Below the pieces are notes generated by a model. That model was not told the origin of the DNA and did no database searches. It saw only the letters and a list, made by a program, of their open reading frames with translations. The position numbers and the translations under genes were made by a program. From a virus, in the UHGV virus genome UHGV-0182515: 42,850 nt of DNA; one strand, given 5' to 3'. Of this stretch, positions 17,389 to 26,982 are shown piece after piece (positions within the stretch are counted from its first letter, which is position 1; each line of letters begins with the position of its first letter).

Positions 17389-17712
17389 ATGAAGATGCCA
17401 GAAAAACATGACCTGTTAGCCGCCATTCTCGCGGCAAAGGAACAAGGAATCGGGGCAATCCTTGCGTTTGCAATGGCGTACCTTCGCGGCAGATACAATG
17501 GCGGTGCGTTTACAAAAACAGTAATCGACGCAACGATGTGCGCCATTATCGCCTGGTTCATTCGTGACCTTCTCGACTTCGCCGGACTAAGTAGCAATCT
17601 CGCTTATATAACGAGCGTGTTCATCGGCTACATCGGTACTGACTCGATTGGTTCGCTTATCAAACGCTTCGCTGCTAAAAAAGCCGGAGTAGAAGATGGT
17701 GGAAATCAATAA
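17389..17712 (+). CDS. S: Holin S (class I, dual-start)
   Basis: [34 protein letters not shown].. matches lambda S, including the Met1-Lys2-Met3 dual start. Confidence 0.9.
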   Translation: MKMPEKHDLLAAILAAKEQGIGAILAFAMAYLRGRYNGGAFTKTVIDATMCAIIAWFIRDLLDFAGLSSNLAYITSVFIGYIGTDSIGSLIKRFAAKKAGVEDGGNQ

Positions 17713-18172
17713 TCAACGTAAGGCGTTCCTCGATATGCTGGCGTGGTCGGAGGGAACTGATAACGGACGTCAGAAAACCAGAAATCATGGTTATGACGTC
17801 ATTGTTGGCGGAGAGCTATTCACTGATTACTCCGATCACCCTCGCAAACTTGTCACGCTAAACCCAAAACTCAAATCAACAGCAGCCGGACGTTACCAGC
17901 TTCTTTCCCGTTGGTGGGATGCCTACCGCAAGCAGCTTGGACTGAAAGACTTCTCTCCGAAAAGCCAGGACGCTGTGGCATTGCAACAGATTAAAGAGCG
18001 TGGCGCTTTACCGATGATTGACCGCGGCGATATTCGTCAGGCAATCGACCGTTGCAGCAATATCTGGGCTTCACTTCCGGGCGCTGGTTATGGCCAGTTC
18101 GAGCATAAGGCTGACAGCCTGATTGCAAAATTCAAAGAAGCTGGCGGAACGGTCAGAGAGATTGAGGTATGA
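17696..18172 (+). CDS. R: Endolysin R (lytic transglycosylase)
   Basis: [42 protein letters not shown].. matches lambda R. Confidence 0.9.
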   Translation: MVEINNQRKAFLDMLAWSEGTDNGRQKTRNHGYDVIVGGELFTDYSDHPRKLVTLNPKLKSTAAGRYQLLSRWWDAYRKQLGLKDFSPKSQDAVALQQIKERGALPMIDRGDIRQAIDRCSNIWASLPGAGYGQFEHKADSLIAKFKEAGGTVREIEV

Positions 18173-18606
18173 GCAGAGTAACCGCGATTATATCTGCTCT
18201 GATTATCTGCATCGTCGTCTGTCTGTCGTGGGCGGTCAATCATTACCGTGATAACGCCATCGCCTACAAAGAGCAGCGCGATAAAGCCACATCCACAATC
18301 GCTGACATGCAGAAGCGTCAACGTGATGTAGCAGAACTTGACGCCAGATACACAAAGGAGCTTGCTGATGCTAACGCGACTATCGAAAGTCTCCGTGCTG
18401 ATGTTTCTGCTGGTCGTAAGCGCCTGCAAGTCGCCGCCACCTGTGCAAAGTCAACGACCGGAGCCAGCGGCATGGGCAATGGAGAAAGCCCAAGACTTAC
18501 AGCAGATGCTGAACTCAATTATTACCGTCTCCGAATTGGAATCGACAGGATAACCGCGCAGGTTAACTACCTGCAGGAGTACATCAGGACTCAGTGCCTG
18601 AAATAA
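18169..18606 (+). CDS. Rz: Spanin inner-membrane subunit Rz
   Basis: [30 protein letters not shown].. has an N-terminal TM segment plus coiled coil; lambda Rz-like. Confidence 0.85.
   Translation: MSRVTAIISALIICIVVCLSWAVNHYRDNAIAYKEQRDKATSTIADMQKRQRDVAELDARYTKELADANATIESLRADVSAGRKRLQVAATCAKSTTGASGMGNGESPRLTADAELNYYRLRIGIDRITAQVNYLQEYIRTQCLK
18368..18553 (+). CDS. Rz1: Spanin outer-membrane lipoprotein subunit Rz1 (embedded in the +1 frame of Rz)
   Basis: [20 protein letters not shown] has a lipobox with Cys, followed by a Pro-rich segment; the ORF lies entirely within Rz. Confidence 0.7.
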   Translation: MLTRLSKVSVLMFLLVVSACKSPPPVQSQRPEPAAWAMEKAQDLQQMLNSIITVSELESTG

Positions 18607-18637
18607 TTTTTTTGCAAATCACAAAGTCCATTTAATG

Positions 18638-18662
18638 AGCCTCGCGATGCGGGGCTTTTTTT
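18638..18662 (+). terminator. Rho-independent terminator after the lysis cassette
   Basis: Hairpin gcctcgc-gat-gcggggc followed by TTTTTTT. Confidence 0.55.
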
Positions 18663-18811
18663 ACATCTGAATTTCACAGCGCATCTCACGCGCATATTAC
18701 ATCACCCGAGCCTTTCAGAAAGTTGAGCCTGAGAACTGCCGTATATGGTGGCGACCATCTCGGGGCGGCTTTTCTGTGAGACAGGCTCACTTTCTAAAAG
18801 GTAAAGACGCT

Positions 18812-19300
18812 ATGAACCAATTAGAAGAAAAGCTTCAAAGAATGATTTCCTTATACAAGGAAGATAACTGCCAAAAAGTTCCTGAAAACATCGCAGAGTT
18901 AATGGAATTGGCAAGTGAATTTTCTGGCATGCTTAAGTCGTCAGGTGTTCGGTCAGCGTTCTTTGTTGAAATGCTGATGCACGGCGGACTTATGGCAACA
19001 ATGAGACGTGTAATGGAAGACCAGAGAAAAGAACCTCCTCAGGTATACGTTTTGTCATCGAAGAAAACTGGGCTAACCAAAATTGGGTATTCATCCAACA
19101 TTCCACAACGCATCAAATCGCTTGGCAACTCTGGACCAGACTGCTTGAAGCTTGAGTGCCTGATCCCTGGTGGAAGAGAAACTGAAAACATGCTTCATCG
19201 CAAATTTGCCGCAAAGAGAAAGCACGGTGAATGGTTCGCCCTGTCCAAGGATGACATTGAGGGATTGAAATCTGTAGCGATTACTTCCGATGGCTATTAA
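18812..19300 (+). CDS. T5orf172 / GIY-YIG-like domain protein (moron)
   Basis: C-terminal half PQVYVLSSKKTGLTKIGYSSN..R..SLG....E..LHRKFAAKRKHGEWF fits the T5orf172 pattern (VYVL, KIGxT, EWF); sits between the Rz terminator and the packaging genes. Confidence 0.55.
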   Translation: MNQLEEKLQRMISLYKEDNCQKVPENIAELMELASEFSGMLKSSGVRSAFFVEMLMHGGLMATMRRVMEDQRKEPPQVYVLSSKKTGLTKIGYSSNIPQRIKSLGNSGPDCLKLECLIPGGRETENMLHRKFAAKRKHGEWFALSKDDIEGLKSVAITSDGY

Positions 19301-19685
19301 TGCTTGTTTAGAGCAATTTTCATAACAACTCTTCATTACAAAGCCCATCTACTGGTGGGCTTGATAATGAAACCGTGATTTACATCCCCACAATCCGGGT
19401 ATGTAAAAGATAGTTCAGGCGAGAACGGATTTAACTAAATCTGTGCGCCACCAGTTAACGGCAGTACCACGAAACAACCCAAGCCAGTAAGTGGGGAAAT
19501 AACACTGGCAGCCACTGAAAGATGAACCTCCTGCCTTATGGCAAAAAAGATTCTTTGTGGTGGCGGACTGATGGAAAGACATCGGTTATTGCAGAGACCA
19601 TTCAATGAGTGGTCTCGACAATGGCTTATACCCTACACGGGATAACTTAACTGATATCCCTTTTAACGGATAAACGGAGCCAACA

Positions 19686-19928
19686 ATGGCAGAGATTATT
19701 CCCATGACTGAAGAACAGAAATTCCAGTTAGAGATTTACAAGCTGGTCATGAACCAGAACGCAGCCGCAGAAGAAGCATTTCAGTTCATTGGTACTGACG
19801 AACTGAAGCTTGAGCTATTCAAAATTCACTTCCAGTCAGGTGGCGCTAATTCAGATATCACGACCCGCACTATCGAAGCGGTGCGTAAATCGAAGGAAGC
19901 GTTAGACCTGTTCACTACCGGAGCATAA
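19686..19928 (+). CDS. Hypothetical small protein upstream of the terminase genes
   Basis: 80-aa acidic helical ORF with GGAG upstream. Confidence 0.4.
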   Translation: MAEIIPMTEEQKFQLEIYKLVMNQNAAAEEAFQFIGTDELKLELFKIHFQSGGANSDITTRTIEAVRKSKEALDLFTTGA

Positions 19929-20007
19929 ACATGGCAACTCAAGGTTTCGACAACCCATCCAAATTCCGCGATGAATGGGATAAGCAAGCAGAAGGGAAAT
20001 AATCAAT

Positions 20008-20433
20008 ATGGCGACTGAGAAAAAGAATGTCGGTCGCCCTTCGGATTACCTGCCGGAGGTGGCTGATGATATCTGTGCGCTGCTTGCCTCCGGGGAAAGT
20101 CTGGTTAAGGTTTGCAAGCGCCCCGGCATGCCAGCAAAGGCTACTGTATTTCGCTGGCTGTCAGAGCATGAAGAATTTAGAGACAAGTACGCGAAGGCAA
20201 CTGAGGCACGAGCTGATTCTATTTTCGAAGAGATATTCGAAATTGCTGACACTGCGATTCCAGATGCTGCTGAGGTGGCAAAGGCAAGACTTCGCGTTGA
20301 TACCCGCAAATGGGCGCTGGCCCGAATGAATCCCCGTAAGTATGGCGACAAGGTAACTAACGAGCTTGTCGGTAAGGACGGCGGCGCAATCCAGATTGAA
20401 ACATCACCGATGAGCACTCTATTCGGAAAATGA
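20008..20433 (+). CDS. Terminase small subunit (Sf6/P22-like)
   Basis: 140-aa HTH-containing protein MATEKKNVGRPSDYLPEVADDICALLASGESLVKVCKRPGMP.. immediately upstream of, and overlapping, the large terminase gene. Confidence 0.75.
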   Translation: MATEKKNVGRPSDYLPEVADDICALLASGESLVKVCKRPGMPAKATVFRWLSEHEEFRDKYAKATEARADSIFEEIFEIADTAIPDAAEVAKARLRVDTRKWALARMNPRKYGDKVTNELVGKDGGAIQIETSPMSTLFGK

Positions 20434-21845
20434 CCTCGATTAATCCTATCTTTGAACCGTTCATTGAGGCGCATCGCTACAAAGTCGCCAAAGGCGGTCG
20501 AGGTAGCGGTAAATCATGGGCAATTGCGAGGCTGCTTGTTGAAGCGGCGCGTCGGCAGCCAGTGCGTATTCTCTGCGCTCGTGAACTGCAAAACAGTATC
20601 AGCGATTCGGTAATCCGGTTGCTTGAAGACACCATAGAGCGGGAAGGGTATTCGGCTGAGTTTGAAATTCAGCGTTCAATGATTCGTCATCTCGGAACGA
20701 ATGCTGAATTCATGTTCTACGGCATAAAAAACAACCCGACGAAGATTAAATCGCTCGAAGGCATTGATATCTGCTGGGTGGAAGAAGCGGAAGCGGTAAC
20801 GAAGGAATCATGGGACATCCTGATACCAACCATCCGCAAGCCGTTTTCCGAAATATGGGTGAGCTTCAACCCGAAAAACATCCTCGACGATACCTATCAG
20901 CGATTCGTCGTAAACCCTCCTGATGATATTTGTCTGCTGACGGTGAACTACACCGACAACCCGCACTTTCCTGAAGTTCTCCGTCTGGAGATGGAAGAGT
21001 GCAAACGCAGAAATCCGACACTGTATCGTCACATCTGGCTTGGTGAGCCAGTAAGCGCAAGTGATATGGCAATCATCAAACGTGAATGGCTTGAAGCTGC
21101 TACCGATGCGCACAAGAAACTCGGATGGAAAGCGAAAGGCGCTGTTGTCTCTGCGCATGACCCATCAGATACAGGGCCGGATGCCAAAGGTTATGCATCG
21201 CGCCACGGTTCGGTAGTTAAGCGCATTGCCGAAGGTCTGCTGATGGACATCAACGAGGGTGCTGACTGGGCTACTTCGCTGGCGATTGAAGACGGCGCTG
21301 ACCACTACCTGTGGGATGGTGATGGTGTTGGTGCCGGGCTACGCAGGCAGACAACGGAAGCGTTCTCCGGCAAGAAAATCACCGCCACGATGTTCAAGGG
21401 CAGCGAATCGCCATTCGATGAAGATGCGCCATATCAGGCCGGAGCATGGGCTGATGAAGTCGTACAGGGCGACAATGTTCGCACTATTGGCGATGTATTC
21501 CGCAATAAGCGAGCGCAATTCTATTACGCGCTGGCTGACAGGCTGTATCTGACATATCGGGCGGTTGTCTACGGTGAGTATGCAGACCCAGACGACATGC
21601 TGAGTTTCGACAAAGAAGCGATAGGCGAGAAGATGCTGGAGAAGCTGTTTGCAGAACTGACGCAGATTCAGCGCAAATTCAATAATAACGGGAAGCTGGA
21701 GCTAATGACTAAGGTCGAAATGAAGCAGAAGCTCGGTATTCCATCTCCTAACCTGGCTGATGCGTTGATGATGTGTATGCATTGCCCGGAGTCGGCTGCG
21801 CAACCCGACTATTCCAGTTACTCAATTCCTTGTGGTGTAGGTTGA
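20430..21845 (+). CDS. Terminase large subunit
   Basis: Walker A KGGRGSGKS, Walker B ICWVEE, and a C-terminal nuclease domain with acidic residues. Confidence 0.9.
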   Translation: MTSINPIFEPFIEAHRYKVAKGGRGSGKSWAIARLLVEAARRQPVRILCARELQNSISDSVIRLLEDTIEREGYSAEFEIQRSMIRHLGTNAEFMFYGIKNNPTKIKSLEGIDICWVEEAEAVTKESWDILIPTIRKPFSEIWVSFNPKNILDDTYQRFVVNPPDDICLLTVNYTDNPHFPEVLRLEMEECKRRNPTLYRHIWLGEPVSASDMAIIKREWLEAATDAHKKLGWKAKGAVVSAHDPSDTGPDAKGYASRHGSVVKRIAEGLLMDINEGADWATSLAIEDGADHYLWDGDGVGAGLRRQTTEAFSGKKITATMFKGSESPFDEDAPYQAGAWADEVVQGDNVRTIGDVFRNKRAQFYYALADRLYLTYRAVVYGEYADPDDMLSFDKEAIGEKMLEKLFAELTQIQRKFNNNGKLELMTKVEMKQKLGIPSPNLADALMMCMHCPESAAQPDYSSYSIPCGVG

Positions 21846-21846
21846 T

Positions 21847-24045
21847 ATGGCAGAAAAAAAGATGACTGACTGGCATCGCAAGGTGCTGTGCAACTTTGAT
21901 AATGCCTGGTCAGCAACGCAGGATATGCGTGAGCAGATTATTGAAGCTCAACGTTTCGTCCGGGTGTCCGGCGCACAGTGGGAAGGCAGCACAAACGCTG
22001 GTTACTCATTTGATGAAGGCAGGTTTGAGCATTACCCGCGCTTTGAGCTGAATAAGATTGCCCGTGAATGTGATCGCATCATTGGCGAGTATCGACAGAA
22101 TCGCATCAGCGTTAAATTCAGGCCGAAGGATGACAAGGCATCGGAAGCGTTAGCCGAAAAGATGAACGGCAAATTCCGCGCTGACTATCAGGAAACATCC
22201 GGTGGCGAAGCGTGTGATAACGCATTTGATGATGCTGTAACGGGCGGATTCGGTTGTTTCCGCATGTGTGCCGATTACGAAGATGAAATGGATCCGAGTA
22301 ACGAGCAGCGACGCATCAGCCTTCTTCCTGTTTACGACCCAGCGACATGCGTCTTCTTCGATCAGGACAGCAAGCAATATGACCGCTCTGATGCTATGTG
22401 GGCTATGGAAATGTTCTCCATGACGCCTAAAGCGTTCGAGGCTGAATACCCTGATTCCATCGCGGCAAGCCTTTCTCGTGATGACACTGGCACTCAATAT
22501 GACTGGTCAACTCCTGATGCTATCTATGTTGGTCGCTACTACGAAGTTCGCATAGAGAAGGTGAAGCTCACAGCATGGCGTAACCCTGTCAGCGGAGAAA
22601 CGGCAATCTATGATGAAGAGCAAATCAAAGATATTGTCGACGAGCTGACCGATGGTGCATTCGAACTGATTGGCGAGCGAACGGTGAAGAAACGCCGAGT
22701 TTATTGCGGTCTTCTGTCTGGCGCTGAATGGCTGGAAGAACCGAAGCGTATTCCGGGCGAACATATTCCTCTCATCCCGGTATATGGGCGTCGTTCATTT
22801 GTTGATAATCAGGAGCGAATCGAAGGCCACGCAGCAAAAGCGATGGATGCACAGCGTCTTGAGAACCTGATGGTTTCCATGATTGCAGATAACGCTACTC
22901 AGGCTGGCGGTGATGGCATTCCTGTAGTTGATGTTGACATGATTCCTGGTCCTCTTGCCACTCATTGGGCGGAGCGCAACAAAAAGCGCCCGGCGTTCCT
23001 GCCGATGGTCAGTTTGAAAAACAAAAACGGAGATATTACTGCGCAGGCTCAGGTCAGCAGTTATACGCCTCCGACACAAATGCCTCCAGCTCTTGCCGGG
23101 CTATTGCAGTACACCGGAACGGCTATTCAGCAAATTACAGGTGCGTCGCAGCTTGAGAACATGCCGAGCAACGTCGCCACCGATACCGTTGATAGCATCT
23201 TTAACCGGATGGACACGCAGTCCTATATCTACATGGACAACATGGCTAAATCTATGCGTCGCGCTGGCGTTGTGTGGCTTTCTATGGCGCGTGAAGTCTA
23301 TGGCAGCGATACGCCGATGCGTATCGTTAATGAGGACGGCAGCGATGACGTGGCGCTGATGACTGGTGAAGTGGTTGACCGTCAGACAGGGCAGGTTATC
23401 GCGCTTAACGACCTTTCGCAGGGTAACTACGAAGTGACTGTCGATGTCGGTCAGTCGTTCGCTACTCGCCGTGATGCAACGGTTAAGTCGTTACTTTCCA
23501 TGCTGGCACTTATCCCGCCAGGGACGCCGAAGCACGACCTTGTATCGTCGATGATTCTCGACAATATGGACGGAGAAGGGATGGACGACCTGAAAGAATA
23601 CAACCGCAATCAGTTGCTTCTGTCTGGAGTTATCAAGCCGAGAACGCCAGAAGAACAGCAGATGGTTGAGCAGGCGAAACAACAACAGGCCAGTCAGCCA
23701 GATCCGGCTATGGTTGCTGCGCAAGGTCAGCTTCTTGCTGGTCAGGCTGAATTGCAGAAAGCGCAGAACGAACAGGCAGCCATTCAGGTTAAAGCATTCC
23801 AGGCACAGACTGATGCTCAGGTTGCAGCGGCAAATGTTGTGAAAATCCTCGCATCTGCCGATAGCCAGCAGAAATCTGATATCCGCGAGGCTCTGAAACT
23901 GCTCGGACAGTTCCAGCAACAGCAAGGAGACAATGCCCGTGCTGATGCAGAGCTTGTCCTGAAAAGTCAGGCACAGGGTCATGCGCAGCGCATGGACATC
24001 AGCAGCATCCTGCAAAAATCAACTCAGCAACAACCACAGCAGTAA
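21847..24045 (+). CDS. Portal protein (P22 gp1-like, with a long C-terminal helical barrel)
   Basis: Shares recalled P22 gp1 motifs (DPAMV.AQGQLLAGQAEL.KAQN, RMDI..ILQ); 732 aa. Confidence 0.85.
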   Translation: MAEKKMTDWHRKVLCNFDNAWSATQDMREQIIEAQRFVRVSGAQWEGSTNAGYSFDEGRFEHYPRFELNKIARECDRIIGEYRQNRISVKFRPKDDKASEALAEKMNGKFRADYQETSGGEACDNAFDDAVTGGFGCFRMCADYEDEMDPSNEQRRISLLPVYDPATCVFFDQDSKQYDRSDAMWAMEMFSMTPKAFEAEYPDSIAASLSRDDTGTQYDWSTPDAIYVGRYYEVRIEKVKLTAWRNPVSGETAIYDEEQIKDIVDELTDGAFELIGERTVKKRRVYCGLLSGAEWLEEPKRIPGEHIPLIPVYGRRSFVDNQERIEGHAAKAMDAQRLENLMVSMIADNATQAGGDGIPVVDVDMIPGPLATHWAERNKKRPAFLPMVSLKNKNGDITAQAQVSSYTPPTQMPPALAGLLQYTGTAIQQITGASQLENMPSNVATDTVDSIFNRMDTQSYIYMDNMAKSMRRAGVVWLSMAREVYGSDTPMRIVNEDGSDDVALMTGEVVDRQTGQVIALNDLSQGNYEVTVDVGQSFATRRDATVKSLLSMLALIPPGTPKHDLVSSMILDNMDGEGMDDLKEYNRNQLLLSGVIKPRTPEEQQMVEQAKQQQASQPDPAMVAAQGQLLAGQAELQKAQNEQAAIQVKAFQAQTDAQVAAANVVKILASADSQQKSDIREALKLLGQFQQQQGDNARADAELVLKSQAQGHAQRMDISSILQKSTQQQPQQ

Positions 24046-24135
24046 TTAACCCATAACGTGCAATGGCTGTCTTTATGAGGCCTGGCACCCTATTGCCTTC
24101 CGATGGGCTGAACATCGAGTAAACAGGGGTAACAA

Positions 24136-25029
24136 ATGGACCAGATGGCAGAAAACACACCAGAAGTTGAAATCGAAACCGACGCGTCAGAGCAGATTCC
24201 TGATGATGTCGAACTGGCTGAAGAAGTCGAAACAGAAGATGGCAGTGAGTCCTCCGGCAATGATGCAGAGGAAGCTACTGAAACTGATGACGACGAATCA
24301 GAACAGGAATTCTACTTTGGTGACGAAAAGCTGGATTCGCCAACCAGCGAAGATGGCGCAGAGCATGGACTGGTAAAACACCTGCGCAAGACGATTAAAG
24401 AGAAAGACCGCGAGCTGAAAGAGCTGATGCGTCAGTCTCAGAAACCCGTCGAGCAGCAGCCGGTAATAACTCAACCACCGCGAATGCCAAAACTGGATGA
24501 TGAGGACATCGGTTTCGATGAAGAAATCTACCAGCAACGCATGGCTAAGTGGGCAGAGGATAACGGCAAGTACCAGCAACAGGAGATGGCTCGCAAGCAG
24601 AAGGAGCAGGAGCTTCAGGCTGCCTATCAAGAGCGATTATCCAAATATCAGCAACGTGTTAAGGCTCTCAAAGTTCCTGGCTATCAGGAAGCAGAACAGG
24701 CCGTACTCGAGGAAATCCCCATCGAGACACAAAACGCGATCCTGTTTGAGTCAGAGAAGCCGGAAATCGTTGTTCTGGCGCTCGGTCGCAACGCTGAACT
24801 GCGCAAGCAACTGGCAGAAGCTACCAACCCCGTAGCAATTGGTCGTCTGCTGGAACGTATCGAATCGAAGGCCAGAGTCATGCCAAAAGCAAAAACCACG
24901 GCAGCCACAACCCCGACAGTTAAGGGGAGCAACGGCGCAGTAATCAACAACCTCGGCAAATTGAAAGCCAAGGCGCTGGAAACTGGTGACTGGACGCCGT
25001 ATTTCGCCGCTAAAAAGGCAAAAAAATAA
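24136..25029 (+). CDS. Scaffolding protein
   Basis: Acidic N-terminus, coiled-coil middle and basic C-terminal helix-turn-helix; located between portal and coat as in P22. Confidence 0.75.
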   Translation: MDQMAENTPEVEIETDASEQIPDDVELAEEVETEDGSESSGNDAEEATETDDDESEQEFYFGDEKLDSPTSEDGAEHGLVKHLRKTIKEKDRELKELMRQSQKPVEQQPVITQPPRMPKLDDEDIGFDEEIYQQRMAKWAEDNGKYQQQEMARKQKEQELQAAYQERLSKYQQRVKALKVPGYQEAEQAVLEEIPIETQNAILFESEKPEIVVLALGRNAELRKQLAEATNPVAIGRLLERIESKARVMPKAKTTAATTPTVKGSNGAVINNLGKLKAKALETGDWTPYFAAKKAKK

Positions 25030-25047
25030 CCTATCGGAGCGTTAAAC

Positions 25048-26301
25048 ATGGCTAACCAATTAGCAAAAGACCTTGAAATCATGTTCGAAAACTACGTTGA
25101 AGGCTTTGAGGCCGCCTGCGTAGTTTCCCGTAACGCTAAAAAATTCCGTCCCGGTGATACAGCAATGCAGCGAGCAGGTGATGTTCTGTATCGTCCGCAG
25201 CATTACCACATGAACATTGAGGAAGGCCTAGACCTCAGCGGCAAAACGCCAACAGCACTGGTTCAGCGCCTTGTTCCTTCTGTGTTCAAGGAGCCGAAAA
25301 ACATTCTGTACACTCTGGATGCGCGTGAAATGCGTGACCCGGAACATAAAACTGAAGCTGGTCGCGCCGCAGGTATGCGCCTTGCTGCACAGATTGACTC
25401 TGACCTGATTTCCATGGTCACGCAGCGTGCTACTAACGTGATCACAATGGCTGACTCAACCACTGGTTCACAGGGCCGTGATTTGTGGAACTGTGCGGCA
25501 GGTATTGATGCCACCATGACGGCGATTGGTGTACCACAGGGTATCAACCGCCGCTCTTTCTGGAACCCCTTCAACTACAAAGACCTTGCTGGCGAGCTTG
25601 GTCACCGTGCCTATGCTCAGGGCGCAACCCTGACAGCATACGAAAAAGCGCAGATCCCTCCGGTTGCGTCCTTCGATAGCTACAAGACCGATATTTCTGG
25701 TCGTGTTCCGAAGGGTACAGCAACTTCCATTACGCTGGCAGCAGCACCTGCGCACAAGGTTGAAGCGAAAGATGCTAACGAAATGCCAGTGGATAACCGA
25801 CAGGGGACCATTACGGTATCTGCTGAAGGTTTGCAGGTTGGCGATGCGTTTACCATCGCAGGGGTGAATTCCGTACACCAGATCACCAAAGATACCACCG
25901 GGCAGCCGCAGGTATTCCGCGTTCTGGCAGTTAGCGGAACGACAGTAACTATCTCCCCGAAAATTCTGCCGCCTGACAACGCGGATGTCGCCAGCCGTCC
26001 ATATGCAAACGTTGATGCTAATGCGGCAAGTAGCGCAGCAATCACCATTCTCAACAAAAATGCCGCACCGGCTAACCTGTTCTGGGCTGATGGTTCTGTT
26101 GAACTGATGTACGGCAAACTGGCGTTCCCGACTGGTCAGGGTCCACAGGTAATGACGGCAACCACCGAGCAGGGCGCTACGCTGATTATGTCTTACGCCT
26201 TCGACCACATCAAAGGCGTAACCACTGCGCGTTTCACCACTCTGTACGGCTGCTCTGTACTTGTTCCTGAATATACGGGCATCGTTATTGCCGGGCAGTA
26301 A
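25048..26301 (+). CDS. Major capsid (coat) protein, P22 gp5-like
   Basis: 417 aa; shares conserved segments with P22 coat (NLFWADGSVELM versus NVFWADDAIRIV) and has the expected position. Confidence 0.8.
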   Translation: MANQLAKDLEIMFENYVEGFEAACVVSRNAKKFRPGDTAMQRAGDVLYRPQHYHMNIEEGLDLSGKTPTALVQRLVPSVFKEPKNILYTLDAREMRDPEHKTEAGRAAGMRLAAQIDSDLISMVTQRATNVITMADSTTGSQGRDLWNCAAGIDATMTAIGVPQGINRRSFWNPFNYKDLAGELGHRAYAQGATLTAYEKAQIPPVASFDSYKTDISGRVPKGTATSITLAAAPAHKVEAKDANEMPVDNRQGTITVSAEGLQVGDAFTIAGVNSVHQITKDTTGQPQVFRVLAVSGTTVTISPKILPPDNADVASRPYANVDANAASSAAITILNKNAAPANLFWADGSVELMYGKLAFPTGQGPQVMTATTEQGATLIMSYAFDHIKGVTTARFTTLYGCSVLVPEYTGIVIAGQ

Positions 26302-26303
26302 TT

Positions 26304-26531
26304 TTGGTGGGGCTTCGGCCCCATTTTTATTGGGAGAAGACAATGGCACGAACAATGCTCTATAAGCCGGGCAACATGATCACCTGTGGTCAGTTTGCTG
26401 TCGATTACATCATTGTTGATGACGAAGAAGTTAAATCTCACCTGAAAAAAGGTTGGGTAAAAACTCCTGAAGAAACCGCAACGAAGCAAAAAGTGGCTAA
26501 GGCGGAAGAAGATGGCGAAAACGAAGGGTGA
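26304..26531 (+). CDS. Hypothetical small protein between coat and gp4
   Basis: Short ORF; the real start may be the internal ATG at 26343. Confidence 0.35.
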   Translation: MVGLRPHFYWEKTMARTMLYKPGNMITCGQFAVDYIIVDDEEVKSHLKKGWVKTPEETATKQKVAKAEEDGENEG

Positions 26532-26973
26532 TCTCGTTCTAAAGGCTTTACGAAAAGCCGGGCTGTATTCCAATGCCACGTTGACAGATGCCGACCCTCA
26601 GGCAATTGAAGATGCCATTAATGACCTCGAAGACATGATGGCAGCATGGCAGGCGAAAGGTATCGAGCTTGGATATCAGTTTGCTGATACAGAAAACGGC
26701 ATCATGCCGTTACCTGACGATGATTCAGGTATCCCTGCATGGGCAAATGATGGCGTCGCTTTGAAACTCGCTGTGCAAGTGTGCATGGATAACGTCATTC
26801 AGCCGTCGGATGCTCTCCTTACCGCTGCTGACAGCGCATATCAGACAATCTGCATCGCTTTAACCAAAATACCACCACTTGAGCGGCGAAATGACATGCC
26901 TCGCGGTAGTGGTAACAAAAGCGCGTATACGTGGAATCGGTTTTACATCGAGAAAGATGATCCGAGTACGTGA
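26512..26973 (+). CDS. Head completion / tail adaptor protein (P22 gp4-like)
   Basis: KTKGDLVLKALRKAGLYSNATLTDADPQAIEDAINDLEDMMAAW aligns with the P22 gp4 N-terminus. Confidence 0.75.
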   Translation: MAKTKGDLVLKALRKAGLYSNATLTDADPQAIEDAINDLEDMMAAWQAKGIELGYQFADTENGIMPLPDDDSGIPAWANDGVALKLAVQVCMDNVIQPSDALLTAADSAYQTICIALTKIPPLERRNDMPRGSGNKSAYTWNRFYIEKDDPST

Positions 26974-26982
26974 GGTGAATAA

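Noticed and set aside
18722-18747. Candidate sigma70 promoter for the moron (TTGAGC ... TATATG)
   Set aside because: Spacer between the hexamers is only 13-14 bp, so the match is not convincing; the moron promoter remains unlocated.
20046-20474. 142-aa ORF antisense to the small terminase gene
   Set aside because: Overlaps the whole small terminase gene on the opposite strand; no supporting signals.
23491-24015. 174-aa ORF antisense to the portal gene C-terminal region
   Set aside because: Antisense to a confidently assigned gene; Leu/Cys-rich and no RBS.
25468-26355. 295-aa ORF antisense to the coat protein gene
   Set aside because: Entirely inside a well-supported structural gene on the opposite strand; Cys/Arg-rich low-complexity translation typical of antisense reading of GC-rich codons.
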